Shown here piece by piece: positions 9,348 to 17,906 of a stretch of DNA of 64,000 bases; position 1 is the stretch's first letter; every line of letters starts with the position of its first letter. Location of the stretch: contig CBDCXL010000001.1 in NCBI GenBank assembly GCA_965223795.1, positions 448,001 to 512,000 of the forward strand, written 5' to 3'. Made by a program: the position numbers and the translations under genes. Below the pieces are notes generated by a model. It saw only the letters and a program-made list of their open reading frames with translations. It was not told the DNA's origin and made no database searches. Source of the DNA: Nitrospinales bacterium. GTDB taxonomy: Bacteria; Nitrospinota; Nitrospinia; Nitrospinales; VA-1.

Positions 9348-10655
9348 TCAATTTTTCGTCAGAACCTGGTTGGCCCTTTCTTCCAGTTTGAGCACCTTCG
9401 GGCGCATCCATTTGAGCAGCGCCAGTCCCGGCAGCGCCAGCAGAAAGGTGATGAAGAAATACGGCATCCAGCCTGGCAGCCCCATCTGGTTCACCAGATT
9501 CTGCGCCAGAATCCCCGAAGGCGGCCCCGCATAAACCCGGCCCAGCGCCGATAGCGAGGACAGCAGGGCGTACTGGGTGGCGGTGAACCGGTGGTCGCAC
9601 AGCGCCATCAGAAACGCCACGAAGGCCACCGTTCCCATGCCGCCGGCCAGATTCTCCAGCGTGACGGCGACGACCATGACGGTGTAGCTCTTTCCGGCGT
9701 AGGCGAGCCCCATGAACGACAGGTTGGAGACCGCCTGCAGAATTCCGAATATCATCAGCGACCGGTACAGGCCCCAGCGGGTCACGAGGACGCCGCCCCA
9801 GAGGGTGCCGGCGATGGTCGCCGCGAACACGATCACTTTGTAGATCGCGCCGACTTCCACCAGGGTGAAGCCCAGCCCTTCGATTTTCGGGCCGCCCAGC
9901 AAAAACGACATGGTGAACAGGCCGGCGGTGGCGTCGCCCAGCTTGTACAGCACGATCAATATCAGAATGCCCCAGGCGCCCGGCCTGGAGAAAAATTCCT
10001 TTAATGGTCCGACCACCGCTTCCTTGAGCGTCGCCGGTGGCGCCACTTTTTCTTCCGGCTCCGGTCCCGTGATGGAAGCGAGGATGCCGAAGCCCATCAC
10101 CGCGGCCATGCAGATGAAGGTCGGCCGCCAGCCCATGTAGTCGGCGAGGATCAGCGCCAGCGCACCGGAAACCAGCATGGCCATCCGGTAGCCGGTCACG
10201 TAGACCGCCGCTCCCGGTCCGCGTTCTCTGTCGGGCAGCACGTCGGTGCGGTACGCGTCGACGACGATGTCCTGCGACGCGGAACAGAACGCCAAAACCA
10301 GCGCAAGACCGGCGATGATCCAGGGCATCTCCACGGGGGAAGAGGTGCTCATCCCCAGGATGCTCAGAACGATGCCGATCTGAAACAGCAGAATCCAGCC
10401 CCGCCTTCTGCCGAGAAACGGCGGGACGAACCGGTCCAGCAGCGGCGCCCACAGAAACTTGTAGGAATACGGCTGCGCCACCAGGGCGAAAAACCCGATG
10501 GTCTTCAGATCCACCCCTTCCACGGTCATCCAGGCCTGCAGGGTGTTTCCCGTCAACGCCAGGGGCAGGCCCGAGGCAAATCCCAACAGCAGGACCGTCC
10601 CTATGCGGATATTCGCCAGGGACTTGAGGGTGGAAAGGACCGGTTCTTTGTTCAC
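9348..10655 (-). CDS. ampG: AmpG muropeptide MFS transporter
   Basis: LLGFASGLPLAL, KFLWAPLLDR, GRRRGW, SASQDIVVDAYR, YKLGD, TATQYALLSSL. Confidence 0.92.
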   Translation of the reverse strand: MNKEPVLSTLKSLANIRIGTVLLLGFASGLPLALTGNTLQAWMTVEGVDLKTIGFFALVAQPYSYKFLWAPLLDRFVPPFLGRRRGWILLFQIGIVLSILGMSTSSPVEMPWIIAGLALVLAFCSASQDIVVDAYRTDVLPDRERGPGAAVYVTGYRMAMLVSGALALILADYMGWRPTFICMAAVMGFGILASITGPEPEEKVAPPATLKEAVVGPLKEFFSRPGAWGILILIVLYKLGDATAGLFTMSFLLGGPKIEGLGFTLVEVGAIYKVIVFAATIAGTLWGGVLVTRWGLYRSLMIFGILQAVSNLSFMGLAYAGKSYTVMVVAVTLENLAGGMGTVAFVAFLMALCDHRFTATQYALLSSLSALGRVYAGPPSGILAQNLVNQMGLPGWMPYFFITFLLALPGLALLKWMRPKVLKLEERANQVLTKN

Positions 10656-10837
10656 CTTACCAGCATACCAAAAATTCCTTTATTATCAATATTTTAAATA
10701 AACTACCGGTAAATTTGGACTGAATTCCGGTTCGGGCCGTTTCCGGCAAATATCTAATAAATCATTGATATTATTGATTTTTATGACATTCCCGATCGGG
10801 AATCCTTGAAATTTGGCCTTATTTCCCCATAACTTCA

Positions 10838-10867
10838 TTGACAATATGCTTATAAGTACAATAAAAT
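10838..10867 (+). promoter_or_regulatory. Putative sigma70 promoter of the motB-cya-motA operon
   Basis: TTGACA (10838-10843), 18-nt spacer, TAAAAT (10862-10867) in an AT-rich divergent intergenic region. Confidence 0.5.
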
Positions 10868-10970
10868 CAATAATAAACCCTTTTACGACGAACACTTGCG
10901 GCGCGCCTGCCGGGAAACGTGCGTGCGTTTCTCCCGCGGCCTGCCGGTTTCAGTACGCGGATATTCGATC

Positions 10971-12503
10971 ATGAAAAACATGGACTCGTTGCAGATGGTG
11001 AAGGAACAGTTGAAGTTCCAGTCGCGCCGTCTGCAGAAAGTCCTCAAGGAAAACGAAACCCTGCAGGTCGAACTGAGGGATTTCAAAGTCAATCACGAAC
11101 ATGAAATCCTGCTCTTGCAGGAAGCGATCGACGGCAAAGACCAGATCATCCAGGAAGAACAGAGAAAAGCGCTGGAGGCGCAGGTCGCCGCTTCCTCGGC
11201 GCGGGCGCTCAAGGTGCCGCTGCACGACAAGCAGGTCATGGAAGAGCCGGACGATTCGGTGCCGCTCGATCCGGTGGATCTCAGGCGCAAGCTGGTCATC
11301 CTGATCGACCGCACGAAGCTGTTGCGCGAGCAGGTCGAGGAAGAGAAGCGCATCAATGTTCAGCTCAATGAGGAAAACGACAAGCTGCACAAGGACCTCA
11401 AGCACCTGCACCGCGAGACCAAGGCGGCGCAGGATCTGAAGGAAAAAATAGAAGGGCTGCGCACGCAGCTCAACGAAGCGCGGGAAAGTTCTTCCTTCTC
11501 GGCACCGGCGATCAAAAAGCTGGTGCAGGAAAAAGAACAGCTCATCGACCAGTACGAAAAAATGGTGTTCGGCGAGCTGTTTCCGGACGGCAAGGCGGCA
11601 CTCGAACAGGAAGTCATCCAGGACCTGAAAACCGAGGTGGAAGACCTGGAATCCGAGAAAAGCGCCGTTCAGCTGGAATTGGAACTGCTGCGCGAAGACA
11701 ACGCGCAGATGGAATCGAAGGTGACGCTGCTGGAGGAAAGGGGCTCCGATACGGAATACCGTTCCAACACGGAGAGCCGGGCCGCGGTCACGTCGGAGTT
11801 TTTCGGCGGCCTGGAGAATTTCCTCGTCACCTACTCGGACATGATCACGCTGCTTCTGGTGGTGTTCGTGCTGCTGTATTCCATCTCGCGGGTGGACGAC
11901 GAGAAATTCGCCGAAGCGCTTTCCTCCTTTCAGGAAAAGGAGCTGCGGATCGAAAAGTTCAACGTGCGGCTGGACTCCCGCGAACTGGATATGCTGAAGC
12001 GGGTGAAGGAGCTGGTCAAGGACAACGTCGATCCGGAAAGCCTGGTGCGCGGCGATGTGCGCACGATTCTGTTCCGGCTCAAATCCTCGGACCTGTTCGC
12101 CCCCGGCAGCGCCGAGCTGATCGAGGGCGCGGATCGATTGATCCTGAACGCCATCGCCGAGGAGATGCAGGACGGCGTGAAGCAGGTCCTGGTGGACGGA
12201 CACACGGACGATGTGCCTTTGAGCGATTCGGCCCGCTACCCGACCAACTGGGAGCTTTCGACGGCGCGGGCGGCGGGTGTGGCGCGGGTCATCCTGGAAA
12301 AAATGAATCTGCCGCCGGACCGGATGGTGGTCACGGGCTACGGCCAGTACCGGCCCATCAAGCCGAACGACAGCGACAAAAACCGCGCGATCAACCGGCG
12401 CGTCGAGATCAAGATTCTGAAGGACAAAAAACTGGCCGCAGGTGAGGCAGCAGCGAAAGCCAAGGGAAGCCCGATCTCGCCGCAGGCGCTGAAACTCAGC
12501 TAG
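10971..12503 (+). CDS. MotB/OmpA-family stator subunit with ~280-aa N-terminal coiled coil
   Basis: E/K/Q/L-rich heptad N-terminus; MotB TM 'FLVTYSDMITLLLVVFVLLYSIS' with conserved Asp (D290); OmpA-like peptidoglycan-binding domain (VDGHTD, NWELSTARA, NRRVEI). Confidence 0.88.
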   Translation: MKNMDSLQMVKEQLKFQSRRLQKVLKENETLQVELRDFKVNHEHEILLLQEAIDGKDQIIQEEQRKALEAQVAASSARALKVPLHDKQVMEEPDDSVPLDPVDLRRKLVILIDRTKLLREQVEEEKRINVQLNEENDKLHKDLKHLHRETKAAQDLKEKIEGLRTQLNEARESSSFSAPAIKKLVQEKEQLIDQYEKMVFGELFPDGKAALEQEVIQDLKTEVEDLESEKSAVQLELELLREDNAQMESKVTLLEERGSDTEYRSNTESRAAVTSEFFGGLENFLVTYSDMITLLLVVFVLLYSISRVDDEKFAEALSSFQEKELRIEKFNVRLDSRELDMLKRVKELVKDNVDPESLVRGDVRTILFRLKSSDLFAPGSAELIEGADRLILNAIAEEMQDGVKQVLVDGHTDDVPLSDSARYPTNWELSTARAAGVARVILEKMNLPPDRMVVTGYGQYRPIKPNDSDKNRAINRRVEIKILKDKKLAAGEAAAKAKGSPISPQALKLS

Positions 12504-12539
12504 CATAAAGAATTACGGCTCCGTTTTCAGGGAGCCTCT

Positions 12540-14648
12540 TTGACAGCCACTGTTTTCGAGGCCGCTTTGAAGAGCAAAGGGATGGACATCAAACCGGGAA
12601 ACCTGTTCACCAACCGGCAGGCGTTTCTCAGGTTCAATCAGTTCAAGACCGACCGCACCATGAAGACGCTGAGCGAGTCGGACCGCACGGTGTTCGCGGT
12701 GCTGCCCAGGCTTTTGCACGTCAACCAGGAGGGTCTGCCCGGCTATCTGGACAACCAGGTTCCCTGCGGCATCGTCAATTTCGAGCTGACGCGCGAGTGC
12801 CAGGTGCACTGCGAAAAACTGTTTCCCAACGTCATCATCCGGCGCAACGAACGGCTCAACCCGGTGATCCATTCGGTGCTTCTGATCGGCAGCGTCGGCA
12901 CGGTGGCGCAGACGAAAAAATCCGACCTGGATTTCACCCTGCTGGTGGACAAGTCGAAATTCACCGACGAGTCGCTCAGGCAGTTTCAGAAAAAACTGAG
13001 CCTGATCGAACAGTGGACCTGGAACGAGTATCAGCTGGAGACGCATTTTTTCATCAACGACCACCAGGAAGTGAAGAACAACATTTTCGGCGAAAGCGAC
13101 AGCGAGAGCACCGGCTCGGCGCTGGCGCAGCTCCTGAAAGAGGAAATGTACCGCAGCCTGATCCTGGTCGCGGGCAAGATTCCCTTCTGGTGGATCGTGC
13201 CGGTGAACACCGACGACGACACCTACGACCGCATGTACCGCAAGGTCGGCATAGGAAATTCGTTGTTGAAAAAAGAGGATTTCATCGACATCGGCAATCT
13301 GGACGACATCTCCGACGGGGAATTTTTCGGCGGCTCCATCTGGACGCTGATCAAATCGTTCAGTTCTCCGTTCAAGCAGCTGATGAAAATGGGGCTGCTG
13401 GAGGACTACATGTTCAACCGCACCCGTTTCAACCTGTTGTGCCATGAAGTGAAGGAGCGCGTGCAGTCGGACAAGCCGCACAAGTCGATCGACCCGTACA
13501 TCCTGCTGTTCGAGCGGGTGCAGAAGTTTTTCGAAGCCAGCAAATCGGCCAACGATCTGGACGCCCTGCGCGCCGCGTTCTACATGAAGGTGGGAACGCA
13601 GGTCAACGCGGACGAGTACGAGTGCGGCTCCGAAGACTGGAAAAAATTCGCCCTCGTGGAAATGCTGCACGCCTGGGGCTGGCCGGTGTCGAAGCTGGAC
13701 CAGATCAACGGCTACAACGGCTGGCAGATGAAGCAGAAAGTGGCGCTGGGCAACCGGATCAACAAAATCCTGATGAACTCGTACCGCAACATCTCGGAAA
13801 AAAACAACTCGCTGGAGTCCGGCAATCACCTGATTTCGGAAAAGGACACGCACCTGCTGGGGCGCAAGCTGTTCAGTTTTTACCGCAAGGCGCCCAACAA
13901 GGTGGAGAACCTGTTTTCCCTGGTGGACGGGGAAACGGCGGAAAAGGAGCTGACGTTCCTGTACGACCTGCCGTCCGGGAAACGGGCGGGCCACTGGTAC
14001 CTGATCCGAGGACGCACTTCGGCGTTCATCGAACAGATCGCGCCGGAAAACATCATCAAGAAATCGGCCACGTTTCCGTTCCTGATTTCGTTCGCCGCGT
14101 TCAACAAGCTGTACCGAAGCTCGACCGAACTCATGGTGCGGGCCGAAGGAAACACGATCCGTGAAACCGACGTGCGCATCCTGCTCAATCAGCTGTCGGC
14201 GTTCTTCTCGCAGGTCAACATCGCCGCCATCTCGAACAAGGACCTGCTGTCGGACGTGCGCATCAACAAGCTGTACATGCTGGTCGATTTCGGCGTGCCC
14301 CTGCCCAGGGAGATCGTGATGGGCAACATCCGCGAGTGCAAAACCGAGGCGGAGCTGTCGCAGTTCATCAACCGGCGGCTGGAGCGCATCCGCAGCCTGA
14401 CGACGATCTACCTGACATCCTGGGGCGAGCTGTTCTGCAAAACCTACTCGGGGCTGCACTGCATGGACCGCAGCCTGCACGAGCTGACGCCGCAGATCGA
14501 ACCCGGAAGCGTGCGCAACCGCAATTTTCTGAAAGTGTACGTCCCGACCGGACGCAGTGAAATTCTGATGATACCGTGGCTGAACAATTACCTGGCCCGG
14601 TCCCTGGAAACCCGAAAACGGGTCCACGCCGAAGCGGCAGTGGGCTGA
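12540..14648 (+). CDS. cyaA: Class I adenylate cyclase
   Basis: Catalytic 'GSVGTVAQTKKSDLD', 'EEMYRS', 'GKIPFWW', 'FFGGSIWTLIKSFSSPFKQLMKMGLLEDY' and 'DPY' match class I (enterobacterial CyaA-type) blocks; alternative start ATG 12582. Confidence 0.85.
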   Translation: MTATVFEAALKSKGMDIKPGNLFTNRQAFLRFNQFKTDRTMKTLSESDRTVFAVLPRLLHVNQEGLPGYLDNQVPCGIVNFELTRECQVHCEKLFPNVIIRRNERLNPVIHSVLLIGSVGTVAQTKKSDLDFTLLVDKSKFTDESLRQFQKKLSLIEQWTWNEYQLETHFFINDHQEVKNNIFGESDSESTGSALAQLLKEEMYRSLILVAGKIPFWWIVPVNTDDDTYDRMYRKVGIGNSLLKKEDFIDIGNLDDISDGEFFGGSIWTLIKSFSSPFKQLMKMGLLEDYMFNRTRFNLLCHEVKERVQSDKPHKSIDPYILLFERVQKFFEASKSANDLDALRAAFYMKVGTQVNADEYECGSEDWKKFALVEMLHAWGWPVSKLDQINGYNGWQMKQKVALGNRINKILMNSYRNISEKNNSLESGNHLISEKDTHLLGRKLFSFYRKAPNKVENLFSLVDGETAEKELTFLYDLPSGKRAGHWYLIRGRTSAFIEQIAPENIIKKSATFPFLISFAAFNKLYRSSTELMVRAEGNTIRETDVRILLNQLSAFFSQVNIAAISNKDLLSDVRINKLYMLVDFGVPLPREIVMGNIRECKTEAELSQFINRRLERIRSLTTIYLTSWGELFCKTYSGLHCMDRSLHELTPQIEPGSVRNRNFLKVYVPTGRSEILMIPWLNNYLARSLETRKRVHAEAAVG

Positions 14649-14656
14649 ACGACATT

Positions 14657-15475
14657 ATGGCAACCGCAGTCAAAGAAGCCGAACGCCCCTTCATCGCTCA
14701 CACGCTCAAGGAAGAAACCCGCGTTGAGAAGGGCACGTACGTGGGCATCCTGGCGGGAACCGGCCTGATCGCCATCGCCATCCTGCGCGGCGGCGAGCCG
14801 GGGCTGTTTCTCAACCTGAACAGCGCGCTCATCGTGCTCGGCGGCACGCTGGCGACCACGTTCATCGCGTTCTCGTCGCGGCGCATCCTGGGAATGCTGC
14901 CGGTGGTCCTGCACGCATTCAAAAAGGACACGACGCCCACCAGGGAATACGTGGACAAGGTCATGGACCTGGCCTCGAACTACCGTTCGGGTGGCATGAA
15001 ACGGCTGGAAAGCCGGGAGGAAAAACTGGAAAACCGGTTTCTGCGCAGCGGCGTGGCGATGATCGTCGACGGATACAGCGCGCGCGAGATCAACGAAATC
15101 CTCGACCGCGAGATCGCGTCGATGATCGAGCGCCACCATTCCGGGCAGAAGATCCTGCGTTTCATGTCCATGCAGGCTCCGGTGTTCGGCATGTGCGGCA
15201 CGCTGATCGGCCTGATCCAGATGCTCATGCATCTGGACGATCCGTCCAAGATCGGCCCGTACCTGGCGACGGCGCTGATCACCACGTTCTACGGCCTGAT
15301 TCTGGCGAACCTGGTGATCACCCCGATCGTGGCGAAGCTCAACGCCAAGACCGAGCACGAAACATTGATCAACAAGGCACTCAGGGTGGGCGTCCTGGGC
15401 ATCCACGACCGCCTCAACCCGCAGAAGATACGCAAGAACATGAACTCGCTGTTGCCCCCGGACCAGCAAAGGTGA
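14657..15475 (+). CDS. MotA/PomA-family stator subunit
   Basis: SALIVLGGT, YRSGG..LE, AP.FGM.GTLIGLIQML..LDDPSKIGP.LATALITTFYG.ILAN; starts 8 nt after the cyclase stop. Confidence 0.9.
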   Translation: MATAVKEAERPFIAHTLKEETRVEKGTYVGILAGTGLIAIAILRGGEPGLFLNLNSALIVLGGTLATTFIAFSSRRILGMLPVVLHAFKKDTTPTREYVDKVMDLASNYRSGGMKRLESREEKLENRFLRSGVAMIVDGYSAREINEILDREIASMIERHHSGQKILRFMSMQAPVFGMCGTLIGLIQMLMHLDDPSKIGPYLATALITTFYGLILANLVITPIVAKLNAKTEHETLINKALRVGVLGIHDRLNPQKIRKNMNSLLPPDQQR

Positions 15476-15485
15476 AGGAAGAAAC

Positions 15486-16337
15486 ATGTCTCAAGTCGAT
15501 GAATTTTTAAAACTGATCAAGGAAAACCCGCAGCAGAACGGGCAGGACTTCAGCGAATACAAGCTGGAGGGCATCCACCTGAGCGGCGTCCGCATGGACT
15601 CGGCGCGCCTGAACCGCATCAATTTCGCCGAAGCGGAACTGACGCAGTCGCGGATGACGCGCAGCCACATGCAGCAGGCGTCGCTGCGCAAAGCCAGGAT
15701 CAAGGACGTGGACTTCTCCGGCGCCAACCTGCAGGGTTCGGATTTTCAGGACGCGATGCTGGTCAACTGCACGTTCCGCAACACCAACCTGGAAAACTGC
15801 GATTTCTCCGGTGCGCAGCTCAAGGGCTGCGACCTGAAAGGCAGCAACCTGGGCTACGCCAATTTCTACTCAGCGAAGATGAAAGACTGCGACCTGTCGT
15901 TCGCGCGCATGATCTACGGCTTCCTCAAGGAAATCGAAATCATCAATTCGCGCATGAACGGGATCAACGCCCGCGGCTCGGACTTCAGCTACGCCCGGAT
16001 CGGCAACGTGGACCTGAGCGGCGGCAACCTGAAATACGCCGATCTCAACTCCTGCACGCTCAAAAAGGTCAACCTGCGCACGGCCACCATGATCGGCGCC
16101 GAACTCAAGGACGCCCACTGCGTGCACCTGACCATCGAGGAAGCCAATCTGGAAGGGGCCAACCTGACCTACGCCAACATGGAAGGCTCGAACCTGAAAA
16201 ACGCCTTCCTGCTGGAGGCCAACCTGCACGGCACCAATTTCACCAACGCCAACCTGAAAGACGCCTACGTGGTGGACGCCAATATCGCCAAGGCCATCAC
16301 CAAGGGCGCGAACCTGGAAAACACCGTGCTGCAGTAA
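15486..16337 (+). CDS. Pentapeptide-repeat protein
   Basis: Nearly the whole length is A(D/N)LXX-type repeats (GANLQ, GSDFQ, EANLE, GANLT). Confidence 0.92.
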   Translation: MSQVDEFLKLIKENPQQNGQDFSEYKLEGIHLSGVRMDSARLNRINFAEAELTQSRMTRSHMQQASLRKARIKDVDFSGANLQGSDFQDAMLVNCTFRNTNLENCDFSGAQLKGCDLKGSNLGYANFYSAKMKDCDLSFARMIYGFLKEIEIINSRMNGINARGSDFSYARIGNVDLSGGNLKYADLNSCTLKKVNLRTATMIGAELKDAHCVHLTIEEANLEGANLTYANMEGSNLKNAFLLEANLHGTNFTNANLKDAYVVDANIAKAITKGANLENTVLQ

Positions 16338-16413
16338 GCGTTTTTTTCTCGCTTCCTTCCCTCCGTTGCCGCACAATCAAAGCGATATTCCTTAAACAGT
16401 TAAGAGGCCCCGC

Positions 16414-16767
16414 ATGGCGGAAACGGTGCTGGCTCTGCATCTCATGGTGATCCTGTTTTTTTTGGCGGGATTTCCGGTCGCGCTGGTGATCAACCACCGC
16501 GGTCTGCGCCTGTTCCACGCCGCGGCGCTGGCTTTCGTCACCGGGCTCATGCTGGCCGGCATCCCCTGCCCGCTCACGGTGTGGGAGGAAGCGTTGAGCG
16601 GCGGCTCCTACGAAGGCTCGTTCATCGCCGCGTGGCTCAAAAGGATCGTCTACATGGAATGGTTCGAGCCGCGCCACGTGCTGATCGCCGATGCGGTGTT
16701 CGCGCTGCTGGTGTTTTCCTCGTTTCTCTGGCGGCCGCTGCGTGCGAAGGGGAATGAACCGCGCTAG
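16414..16767 (+). CDS. DUF2784-like small membrane protein
   Basis: Hydrophobic; 'LHL', 'CPLTVWE', 'Y.GSFI..WL..IVY'. Confidence 0.7.
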   Translation: MAETVLALHLMVILFFLAGFPVALVINHRGLRLFHAAALAFVTGLMLAGIPCPLTVWEEALSGGSYEGSFIAAWLKRIVYMEWFEPRHVLIADAVFALLVFSSFLWRPLRAKGNEPR

Positions 16768-16808
16768 TTCATTCCGTCATGAAGCTCTGCGATTCGCTCC
16801 GCTTTCGC

Positions 16809-16959
16809 GGGACCTTTTTAAAAAATCACTGCTGTCATGCTGAGCCTGTCGAAGCATGAGCCCGCACCCTTCGACAAAGCCTGTCCTGAGCTTGCCGAAG
16901 GGCTCAGGGTGACAATAAGCTGTAAAAATCCATAATTGGCTGAATTATGCCAAGGTCAC
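16809..16959. repeat. MITE/REP-like element, copy 1 (palindromic core 16833-16914 with nested insertion)
   Basis: TGTCATGCTGAGCCTGTCGAAGCATG...CACCCTTCGACAA[24-nt insert]GCTCAGGGTGACA, shared with 50208-50267; degenerate GACCTT...AAGGTC ends. Confidence 0.7.
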
Positions 16960-17825
16960 TCAGTGGTTAGAAACGGCGTCGCGCAGCGGAAGCCGACGTT
17001 TTCGAAGTAGTCGTCGGGCGGCACTTCCGTGCGGTTGAAGGCATAGCGGTAGGCTTCGAGGAAATAATGCCCGGCCTTCTGGAACCCGTTGCCGCGCAGC
17101 ACCTTGAACTGCGTGCCGAAGCGCGGGTCCTTGTGGCCGTTGCCGGGATAGGCCTGATACCAGTCGCGGGTCCATTCCATGACGTTGCCCGCCAGGTCGA
17201 ACACGCCGTAGGGGCTTTTGTCCTCCGGATAGCTTCCCACCGGCACGGTCTTGCGGTCGCCCTCCACTCCCATGTTGGCGACTTTCTTCCTGTCTTCCGG
17301 CCCCCAGGGGAAGAGCTGGCCCTCGGGCCCGCGCGCCGCTTTCTCCCATTGCGCTTCGGTGGGCAGCCGGCGGCCGGCCCAGGCGCAGTAGGAAAACGCT
17401 TCCCGCCAGGTGATGTTGACGACGGGATGCGCGCCCAGACCCTCTGGAACGGCGGTTTCCTGCCAGTGGGTGGGGTATTCCGGAAACTGCGTTTCCACGA
17501 TGAAACGCCTGTACTCTTTGTTGGTGATTTCGTACTGATCGATGTAATACGCCGCCAGATTGAGCGTCCGTTCCGGGTGCTGGTCGAGATACAGCGGCTT
17601 GACGGTGCCGATCTTCTGGTGCGTGTTGTCGGTGTCGGTTTTGTCCGTGCCCATCACGAAAGGCCCGGCGGGAATCAGAACCAGCGGCTTGCCGTCCACC
17701 GGCGCCGCTTTGGTGGCGGGCAGCGCCGAGGAATCTGTGGAAGGACAGTCGCAGAACGTGTCCTGGCAGCCGGACAGCAGCAGCGAAAGGCAAAAAACGG
17801 CCGTGTGCGCGTATTTTCTTATCAT
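16956..17825 (-). CDS. FGE-sulfatase (SUMF1/EgtB/PvdO) domain lipoprotein
   Basis: Lipobox LSGC; IPAGPFVMG, YEITN, HPVVNITW, RLPTEAQWEKAARG, DLAGNVMEW, NVGFRC. Confidence 0.88.
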   Translation of the reverse strand: MIRKYAHTAVFCLSLLLSGCQDTFCDCPSTDSSALPATKAAPVDGKPLVLIPAGPFVMGTDKTDTDNTHQKIGTVKPLYLDQHPERTLNLAAYYIDQYEITNKEYRRFIVETQFPEYPTHWQETAVPEGLGAHPVVNITWREAFSYCAWAGRRLPTEAQWEKAARGPEGQLFPWGPEDRKKVANMGVEGDRKTVPVGSYPEDKSPYGVFDLAGNVMEWTRDWYQAYPGNGHKDPRFGTQFKVLRGNGFQKAGHYFLEAYRYAFNRTEVPPDDYFENVGFRCATPFLTTE

Positions 17826-17906
17826 AGATCTGGGCTTCGTAATAGAATGGGATATTCCCCGCCAGCGCCGGCACCCGGCCCTGTGCGGCAGGCTATCAGT
17901 AACTAT

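Noticed and set aside
12540..14648. CBASS/Pycsar cyclase
   Set aside because: Motifs match class I adenylate cyclase, not CD-NTase or class III PycC, and no Cap or effector genes are adjacent.
10971..15475. Zorya anti-phage system
   Set aside because: The MotA-like protein has no long C-terminal tail, the order is B-cyclase-A, and no ZorC/D/E-like helicase or nuclease is present. The analogy is noted, but this is not Zorya.
16833..16914. CRISPR repeat
   Set aside because: Only two dispersed copies 33 kb apart, with no repeat-spacer periodicity and no cas genes.
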